From positions 1 through 64,000 of IMG/VR virus record IMGVR_UViG_3300017774_007075: a stretch of DNA of 64,000 nt. One strand, written 5' to 3'. Both the position numbers and the translations under genes were made by a program. This document shows positions 56,932 to 64,000 of this stretch, one piece after another. Origin of the DNA: an uncultured virus (IMG/VR IMGVR_UViG_3300017774_007075) (taxonomy: Duplodnaviria; Heunggongvirae; Uroviricota; Caudoviricetes). The first letter of the stretch is position 1, and each line of letters begins with the position of its first letter. The notes under the pieces were generated by a model. It was not told the origin of the DNA, ran no database searches, and saw only the letters and a list, made by a program, of their open reading frames with translations.

Positions 56932-59454
56932 ATGGCAATGACACCTGAAGAAATATTGAGTACATCAATACAAAATCTTAATACTGCTGAACAATTAAGT
57001 CAAGTATATGAACGTCTTAGTGGTATTTTAGAAGACCAAAATAAGTCAATAAGTAGCTATGAAAATGCACAAAAAATAATTAAAGAATATAAAAAAAATG
57101 AATTATTATTTACTACTCAAATAGAAAAAGCAGAAGCCGAAATACTTAAACTAACAGGTTCAATACTTGATACGGACATTGAAAGATTAAGATTATTAAA
57201 TGAAGAAGTAAAATCATATCAAAAACAAAAAACACTATTAATACAGAATAGGGAAGCACTTGAAGAAAATAGTAATATTATAGAAGCTTATCGTACTGAT
57301 TTATATGAACAAGCAAAAAGTTGGGCAAAACAAGAATTTGGAATTAGAAGTATGTCTTCATATTTAATGACAGTTGATAAACAAATAAAAGGCTTAACAT
57401 TAAATTTAGGATTATCGGGAAATAGGGCTGAATCATTAAGAGAGCAAATGTATGAAGCAACAAATGCTGCACAAAGGTTTGGTGCTTCTGCTGCTGATAT
57501 TGTTGAAATACAAAGTAAAGTTAATGAATTAACTGGAAGAGCAACTGTTTTTAATGAAAAACAAGTTGCAAATATGGTTTTAATTGCCAAGGGAACAGGT
57601 ATGGCAAATCAAGAAGCAGGACAATTTGTTGGTAATATGTTATCACTTGGTTCATCTGTTGAAGATGCGACTAAATTAATTGAAGATACTGTAAATGAAA
57701 CTGCCAAACTTGGATTAAATTCTTCAAATGTTTTAAAAGGAATAACAGCAAATATTGGCAATCTTAATAAGTATAGATTCCAAAATGGTGTTGAAGGATT
57801 AAAGAAAATGGTTCAATCATCTGAGAAATTTAAATTTTCAATTGATGGTGCTTTTGCTGCTGCTGAAAAGTTTAGAACTCTTGAAGGGTTACTTGAAGCA
57901 GGTGCTAATTTAAGGGTATTGGGTGGTGAATTTGCTAAAATGGATGAATTTAAACTTTCATTCCTTGCAAGAAATAAACCCGAAGAGTTTGCTGTTGAAA
58001 TGGCTAAACTTACAAAAGGTATGGCTAGTTTCAATAAAGAGACAGGTGTTTTTGATGTCGCTGATGTTGATATGGATAAATTTAGGTCTGTTGCAGAATT
58101 AACAGGTCAAGAAGTTGGTAAGTTGGTAGAGTCAACAAAAGAAATGGCTAAAATTGACCTTGCAAAAAGTCAAATATTTGTTGGTGATGATGCTGATAGA
58201 GAAATGATAGCAAAGTTGGCTTCCTTTGGTAAAGGTTCAACAATAGGTACAATTGAAATAGGTGATAAGAATGTAAGAATAGACCAACTAACAAGTGACC
58301 AATTAGAAATATTGAGACAAACACAAAAAACATTAAAACAAAGGGCAGAAGATTCTCAAACATTTGGTGAAACATTTGAAAATACAATTATGCAGTTGAA
58401 GTCTACATTGTTACCAATATTAGATGCTATAAATTATGTTTTAAAAGGTTTTAATAAAATTATAGATGTTTTCAGAAATGAAACTACAGGAAAAATGAAT
58501 AAGATTGGACTTGTTATACCTGCCGCAATTTTATTATTATCAACTGGTATTGTAGGTATTTTAACAAAAATGGTACTTAGAATACCTTCTCTTTTAAGTA
58601 ATGTTTTATCAAAAATTCCTGTTTTGGGTAATTTATTTGGGAAAGGAACAGGGCCAGTAGCAGCTACTACCCCTTTAAGTGGTGGACAGGCTTTGGGTGC
58701 AGGTTTGGGTGGTGCTGCAAAAATGGCTGCAATAGGTGTTGCGGCAGTTGGTATTGGTTTTGGTTTTAAAATGGCTGCTGAAGGTGCTGCCTCACTTTCT
58801 GATTCAATAAGTAAATTAACAGGACCGCAATTAACTGCATTAACAGATTCACTAAAAACTCTTGGTTTTTTATTAGGGGGAACTCTTGTAGTGGGTGTTT
58901 TAGCATTGGGTGCTGCAACTACTGCAACTTCCTATGGATTACTTGCTTTTGGTGCTGCTGCATTGATGGTGGGCGCAGGTATTGGATTGGCAGCTATGGG
59001 TATTGGTGAAATGGCTAAAGGTTTTTCAACACTTGGTAATGTTGATTTAACTAAGGTTGGTTTGGGAATGATGGGTATTGCAGGTGCGGCTTTAATGTTG
59101 GCTAATCCTATAGCGATGCTTGGTTTGGCTTCTATTGGGGTTGCTTTAGCAGGGATAAGCGCACTTAATTTTGATAATGTCATGCCATTGCAAAATTTAA
59201 AATTTATTGATGCCGATATAAAAAATATGAAAATGATGGTCGATTTATTGAATAAGATAAATTCCATTGATACAAGTAAACTTGATGCTCTTGGTAAACT
59301 ATTTTCAGAGGGTACTATGAAAGTGGAACTAGTTGGTTCTCCGACAATTAACAATATGATTACTGTTGATGTTGATGGGGAGAAGTTCTATAAGAAGGTA
59401 AAACAAATGATACCAATTCAGATTAAAAAAGGTGTTCAACCGCAGGGTGGGTAA
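56932..59454 (+). CDS. Tape measure protein
   Basis: 840 aa, helical, with Ala/Gly-rich hydrophobic C-terminal repeats; downstream of the chaperone-like genes. Confidence 0.8.
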   Translation: MAMTPEEILSTSIQNLNTAEQLSQVYERLSGILEDQNKSISSYENAQKIIKEYKKNELLFTTQIEKAEAEILKLTGSILDTDIERLRLLNEEVKSYQKQKTLLIQNREALEENSNIIEAYRTDLYEQAKSWAKQEFGIRSMSSYLMTVDKQIKGLTLNLGLSGNRAESLREQMYEATNAAQRFGASAADIVEIQSKVNELTGRATVFNEKQVANMVLIAKGTGMANQEAGQFVGNMLSLGSSVEDATKLIEDTVNETAKLGLNSSNVLKGITANIGNLNKYRFQNGVEGLKKMVQSSEKFKFSIDGAFAAAEKFRTLEGLLEAGANLRVLGGEFAKMDEFKLSFLARNKPEEFAVEMAKLTKGMASFNKETGVFDVADVDMDKFRSVAELTGQEVGKLVESTKEMAKIDLAKSQIFVGDDADREMIAKLASFGKGSTIGTIEIGDKNVRIDQLTSDQLEILRQTQKTLKQRAEDSQTFGETFENTIMQLKSTLLPILDAINYVLKGFNKIIDVFRNETTGKMNKIGLVIPAAILLLSTGIVGILTKMVLRIPSLLSNVLSKIPVLGNLFGKGTGPVAATTPLSGGQALGAGLGGAAKMAAIGVAAVGIGFGFKMAAEGAASLSDSISKLTGPQLTALTDSLKTLGFLLGGTLVVGVLALGAATTATSYGLLAFGAAALMVGAGIGLAAMGIGEMAKGFSTLGNVDLTKVGLGMMGIAGAALMLANPIAMLGLASIGVALAGISALNFDNVMPLQNLKFIDADIKNMKMMVDLLNKINSIDTSKLDALGKLFSEGTMKVELVGSPTINNMITVDVDGEKFYKKVKQMIPIQIKKGVQPQGG

Positions 59455-59474
59455 TTATTTGTCAAAATAAAGTC

Positions 59475-59482
59475 TATATTTG
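59475..59482 (+). promoter_or_regulatory. Bacteroidetes-type -7 element TATATTTG
   Basis: Intergenic; 13 nt before TTG 59496. Confidence 0.5.
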
Positions 59483-59495
59483 GTTTCAATAGTTT

Positions 59496-60425
59496 TTGGC
59501 TTTGAATACGATTAAAATTTTTGAAAGGACACATATGCACATTCCGTTACAGATGATGGGATGTATTATGTCTTCTTCAACATATAATTTTAACGAGTTC
59601 AAGACCTATCTAAGTTTTGCATTCAGGACTTCTGGCAATTGTAAATTAAATAATACGATTAAGGAAAGGGTATGTAACCATCTTGATATTAGTCAAAGAA
59701 CGCTTAATAAACATATAAAATCTTTAATTGAAAAGGGATACTTTGGATATAATTCAAAGACAAATATACTTTTTATAAATGGTTTATCAAAAATCAAAAA
59801 GTTAGTGTTTATTAATAATGATTACAATGAACGTATTTTAGGTAAGACAAGTTTTAAATTAGATATATCTGATTTTGATAAATTAAAGTTTTTAACGTTT
59901 AGTGCAATGGAACAATATATTCTTTTGCGACAATCTAAGTACAAAAATAGATTGAAACTTGAAGAATATTTAGTTGACAACAATTTAATAGAACGTTATG
60001 AGAATGGGAACGAATCAACAAAGACCAATCTAAAAAAAATCTATCGGACAGAAAAGAAAACCAAAGGAGATTCAATGAAAAAGGAAAATCCCAACCGCTT
60101 TGGTTTAAATCTTTTTACAGATGATAGAGATTATTTAGGTGTTTCAAACTCTTTTATTTCTGATAAATTTAATAGAACTAAATCATGGGGTTCTAAGATT
60201 AAAAAGAAATCAAGTTCATTAGGACTATTAGAGTACAATAAGAAATCAATATTTGTTGATTCTTTTCCATCTACATTTAATGTTAGGAGATATTTATCAA
60301 TTAATAGTCCTGTTAAATATGGTAGATACTTTACAAGAAAAGATAATGATACAATTCTAGTATTTGAAACAGGATATGATGAAATCATTAGTAATGTTAA
60401 GTTAACTACAAGAAGAAGTAAATAA
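59496..60425 (+). CDS. Winged-HTH DNA-binding protein, replication-initiator-like
   Basis: VCNHLDISQRTLNKHIKSLIEKGYF; second HTH-like segment ISDKFNRTKSWGSKIKKK; very basic; TTG 59496 or ATG 59535 start. Confidence 0.55.
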   Translation: MALNTIKIFERTHMHIPLQMMGCIMSSSTYNFNEFKTYLSFAFRTSGNCKLNNTIKERVCNHLDISQRTLNKHIKSLIEKGYFGYNSKTNILFINGLSKIKKLVFINNDYNERILGKTSFKLDISDFDKLKFLTFSAMEQYILLRQSKYKNRLKLEEYLVDNNLIERYENGNESTKTNLKKIYRTEKKTKGDSMKKENPNRFGLNLFTDDRDYLGVSNSFISDKFNRTKSWGSKIKKKSSSLGLLEYNKKSIFVDSFPSTFNVRRYLSINSPVKYGRYFTRKDNDTILVFETGYDEIISNVKLTTRRSK

Positions 60426-60488
60426 TGATTTTTTGGAAAATTTGGAAACCATATATAAAAGGAAATTATTAAATACTAATATATAGAA

Positions 60489-60498
60489 ACTATTTATT
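60489..60498 (+). promoter_or_regulatory. Putative late promoter ACTATTTATT
   Basis: Motif in the intergenic region before ATG 60559. Confidence 0.55.
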
Positions 60499-60558
60499 AG
60501 AAATATATAATACTTTATTATAAATATTATATTATCAATATTCTATTATCAATACTCT

Positions 60559-63500
60559 ATGGCTGATATCAATTTTAATTTAATAGACCCTAATAATGAA
60601 ATACTAAAAGGAACTCCTTGGTATGATATTAATAGCACTAATCCATTATTAGCAGATGGATATAAAACTAATGGTATACCTAGATTTGAAGATATAAGGT
60701 CTTTTGTTGAGTTTTCAATGAGACCAAAGAATGCAAATTACATTGAAATAACTAATCAAAGAATCACAAGTAATGCAGCTATTTCTGATGATAATAATAT
60801 TATCTTAGGTGGATATTATAAAAGAAAAGATAGTAAAGGAAATGTTATTCAATCTTATTATTCAACAAATTATACTGATGAAATAATGGGTAGTAATGTT
60901 GAACAAAAAGAATATGAAGGTTTTGGAATTAAAAGTATTGATATAGTGTTTGATGCTAATAAAATACCTCAAGTTTCAGTTGTTTTTTATGATTTAAGAG
61001 GAAATGTATTAAATGATTTTAATAGTAAGTTTGCTAAAATGTTTCAATTACCTTATCCAGTTTTTCAACTAAGAATTAAAGGAGGTTTTGGACCATTGAT
61101 AAAGTTTAGACTTCAAAAAATTAAAGATGATATATCTGTTGATGAATCAGGTAATTTTATTATTAATAGTAAATTTATTGGTGATAAATTCGCACCATTA
61201 AGTGATGTTCCATTACAATATTTAAATACTGTTTCTTATTTTGATGATAAAACAATTGATTTACTTGATAATCAAATTAAATCATTTCAAGATTTAATTG
61301 TATCTTCAAGAAGATTATATGAAAAAGCAAATCAAGTACTTGAATCAGACCAAGAAAATGCAAATAAAGAAGATTTAAAAAAAATAACTGAAAAAAGAAG
61401 TACAATATTTGGTATTTATAGTAATATATCTGATATAATAAAATTTAAATCACTCTTTACAAAAGAAACAATAAAAGAAACAATTCAAACAATAAAACCT
61501 GATGAAATTAATTCAATTATTAATTATATTGCTCAAACAACAATATTAAAAGACAGTAACAAAATTTCATTTGTTAATCAAACCATAACTATAGATAATA
61601 ATAATAATTTAGTTAATCCACCATTAACAGAAACTTCTTTTTATGTAATCAATAAAATTGTAATCAATTATATTAATACAATTAACACTAATATTAAATC
61701 AGCAGGATTTCCTTCAACCATTTCAGTTTTTCCTTTTAAAACTTTTACTCCAAGAATTGATATTGCTTTTATACCAATTTTTTTAAACCAAATAAACATT
61801 ATAAATAATATTGATTTTAATGCTATAGCAACTGAACTTAAAAATATAGATAATCAAATTAAAGAATCTGCCGTTAAAGGTAATGATGAACTTAATAGAA
61901 AAATGAGGGCATTAACAAAACAAGTTTTAGGTGACACAAAATTGACCATTGGGACTGTTTTTAAATTTATGATTGATGATTATAATGCATTAATGAAATT
62001 AGTTAAAAAAGCAGGTGATGATGGAGGTGCAAATAATCTTAGATTTGGTATTGACACATATGATAAAATTGGTTTTCCAAAAGTAATAGATACAATAGAT
62101 GGTGTTGGTACATTAATATACCCTGGTTCAAAACCTCAATTTCAAGATTGGCCCGAAGTTAAATTTATTGAAGACTTTATAAAAGCATATTCAAAAGCAT
62201 TAATTAATAATGAACTTACAACACTTTTAAATTCAAAGAATGAGGATGGTTCAAGTAGATATATACCTATAAACCCAAGAGAAGTTTATCAACTAACAAG
62301 AGATAATTCACCAAGTTCTGATATATTAAATGAACCAAAAAATGTTTATTTTAATAAATCAGCAGAAGAAATATGTCAATTAATTTATGAAAGATTTTTA
62401 ATTCTTACAAATATTAATGCAGTTATTACAACAAATGATTATCAAAGTTGGAATAACGGTTCACAGTCTCAAACATTTCTTGGTTTTTTTAAAGATGTTT
62501 TTGGAAAATTAGACCTTAGTGATGACGATGTACAAAAACAACAATTCCTATCAACAATTCAAATTGAAGCAAGAAATATTGCATATGCTGTTGCGGCTTC
62601 AGAACAAAAAGTAAAAGATTATTTTAAAAATCTTAATACTAATTTTAATGATGATTTTTTAACAAGGAATCCGAAAGATATAATAACAAAAGGTATTATT
62701 AATCCATCTAATAATAATTTAATTAATATGGGTAAAGCATATCTCGAAAATATTATAACATTTGGCTCTCTTGATTATAATTATATAACAGTTGCAAGTG
62801 TAAAACCTCAATTAATAAATACCGATGGTCAAGAATCAGATGTTATAAGTATATATATGAAATCTGTTACAGAAGAATTAAAAGATTTTGACCAAGTAAA
62901 AATTACAAAAGATAATATTTTTTATTTTCCTGATTCTTTATTATCTGAAAAGGGTAATGAAAGTGATTATGATAAAGTTTCAGGATTTGGTTCTGTATTT
63001 GGTCTTGCATATCAAAAAAGAGATAAGAAAAAAATAGAGATAATTTATCAAAATATTGGGGATAAAGTATATGGGTGTTTTGATGTTAGTAAATTTATTA
63101 AAAACATAAAAACAACAGGTTTATATCAAGTACCAAGAGGTATTTTGGTTATATTAGGTTCAATATTAAAAACCTATTATAATACTCTTCTTAGTGAAGA
63201 AAAAATTAGACAAGAAATGTATAATCTAAATTTTGGTAATATGAATATTATTGATGATATTGATACAATAAAAATCATTAGGAATAGTTCATTTTTTAAA
63301 TATCTTTATGAAGAAGCTGAAGACTTTGAAGAAGCCTTTCCATCATATGTATCAACTTTTTTTAGAGATTCTAATAATGTTTTTGCCCCTAATCAAGGTT
63401 TTAAACTTACACTACCCCAAGGTACTATAGTTACACCAGAAGAGACTGATAAACTTATTGCTTATATGTATCAAAAAAGATATGTAAGCATTAATGACAT

Positions 63501-64000
63501 ACAAGCAACAACAATATATAATAAAAATTATAATCCAACTTTAATAAATTCTAAATATCCTGATAGTGGATTATATGTAAAATATTTAAAAAATCTTTTA
63601 CAAAAATTATCACCATTAATTGCAGATGATGAAAAGAAATTAAATGATAAGATAGATAAATATAAATCAATGATTTATGATAATGATATTAAATTAGCTG
63701 CTTACAAATCTTTTCAAGTAATTTATGAAAATTATCTTCATGGTGTATCTGAAAATGAATTCACTTTAAAAGTAAATTCCAATCAAGAAGATAGTTCATT
63801 TATTTTTGTTGATAGAGCATATAATGATATATCCGACCTTTGTATATTAGATATTAAAACATTAATAGATGAAACCGAAGATAGTAATGCTAATTTACTA
63901 ACCGCTATTAGTAGAGTATTGAGTGATAATAACTTTTGGTTTTATCCTTTTCAAGGATTTTTAACAACAACAAAAAATTATGATGAGTTATTTAAAATAA
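60559..64000 (+). CDS. Very large putative baseplate-hub/virion protein, truncated by the window end (not in ORF track)
   Basis: MADINFNLIDPN...GFGIKSIDIVFDANKIPQVSVVFYDLRG...FQLPYPVFQLRIKG; spot-checked frame appears open to 64000 (>1140 codons), which would explain its absence from the track. Confidence 0.75.
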   Translation, partial: MADINFNLIDPNNEILKGTPWYDINSTNPLLADGYKTNGIPRFEDIRSFVEFSMRPKNANYIEITNQRITSNAAISDDNNIILGGYYKRKDSKGNVIQSYYSTNYTDEIMGSNVEQKEYEGFGIKSIDIVFDANKIPQVSVVFYDLRGNVLNDFNSKFAKMFQLPYPVFQLRIKGGFGPLIKFRLQKIKDDISVDESGNFIINSKFIGDKFAPLSDVPLQYLNTVSYFDDKTIDLLDNQIKSFQDLIVSSRRLYEKANQVLESDQENANKEDLKKITEKRSTIFGIYSNISDIIKFKSLFTKETIKETIQTIKPDEINSIINYIAQTTILKDSNKISFVNQTITIDNNNNLVNPPLTETSFYVINKIVINYINTINTNIKSAGFPSTISVFPFKTFTPRIDIAFIPIFLNQINIINNIDFNAIATELKNIDNQIKESAVKGNDELNRKMRALTKQVLGDTKLTIGTVFKFMIDDYNALMKLVKKAGDDGGANNLRFGIDTYDKIGFPKVIDTIDGVGTLIYPGSKPQFQDWPEVKFIEDFIKAYSKALINNELTTLLNSKNEDGSSRYIPINPREVYQLTRDNSPSSDILNEPKNVYFNKSAEEICQLIYERFLILTNINAVITTNDYQSWNNGSQSQTFLGFFKDVFGKLDLSDDDVQKQQFLSTIQIEARNIAYAVAASEQKVKDYFKNLNTNFNDDFLTRNPKDIITKGIINPSNNNLINMGKAYLENIITFGSLDYNYITVASVKPQLINTDGQESDVISIYMKSVTEELKDFDQVKITKDNIFYFPDSLLSEKGNESDYDKVSGFGSVFGLAYQKRDKKKIEIIYQNIGDKVYGCFDVSKFIKNIKTTGLYQVPRGILVILGSILKTYYNTLLSEEKIRQEMYNLNFGNMNIIDDIDTIKIIRNSSFFKYLYEEAEDFEEAFPSYVSTFFRDSNNVFAPNQGFKLTLPQGTIVTPEETDKLIAYMYQKRYVSINDIQATTIYNKNYNPTLINSKYPDSGLYVKYLKNLLQKLSPLIADDEKKLNDKIDKYKSMIYDNDIKLAAYKSFQVIYENYLHGVSENEFTLKVNSNQEDSSFIFVDRAYNDISDLCILDIKTLIDETEDSNANLLTAISRVLSDNNFWFYPFQGFLTTTKNYDELFKI

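Noticed and set aside
35963..59354. Other short opposite-strand ORFs (e.g. 35963..36220, 42087..42452, 44291..44713, 58932..59354)
   Set aside because: They lie wholly or largely antisense to better-supported genes and show no recognisable motifs
1..64000. Stop-codon reassignment, as in some large Bacteroidetes phages
   Set aside because: Core genes are full length in code 11. TAG (e.g. 20314, 43638, 46527) and TGA (e.g. 36189, 55863) end genes at sensible boundaries.
1..64000. tRNA, rRNA or other structured ncRNA genes
   Set aside because: Intergenic gaps are short and AT-rich, and I recognised no cloverleaf or T-loop signature by eye; tRNAscan/Infernal were not run

Overview
This AT-rich, gene-dense 64 kb window is part of a large T4-like contractile-tailed (myovirus-type) phage genome. 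It uses the standard genetic code: TAA, TAG and TGA all act as stops. A Bacteroidetes host is inferred from TAnnTTTG-type promoters and A-rich translation starts that mostly lack a Shine-Dalgarno sequence. The window holds the head module (TerL, portal, prohead protease, scaffold, major capsid) plus neck, baseplate, sheath, tube and tape-measure genes on both strands. A minus-strand block encodes nrdB/nrdA, PhoH, two sigma factors, a primase-like protein, a 3'-5' exonuclease, a metallophosphoesterase and a RuvC-like resolvase. I saw no tRNA, rRNA, CRISPR array, intron or intein. Main observations: (1) an [S/T]-[G/A]-x-[S/T] motif recurs densely in virion proteins near a glycosyltransferase, suggesting a virion-glycosylation system; (2) a modular DUF5661/HsdS-like/nucleotidyltransferase protein has prohead-protease-like sites at its domain junctions, and the scaffold has a similarly flanked insert; (3) a candidate late promoter ACTAWTTAWA occurs about 20 times, often as palindromic divergent pairs; (4) there is a candidate +1/-2 frameshift in the gp26-like gene; (5) a 23-aa CGC micro-ORF and a >1100-aa ORF at the right edge are missing from the ORF track. 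All functional calls come from recognising motifs by eye; no database search was run.
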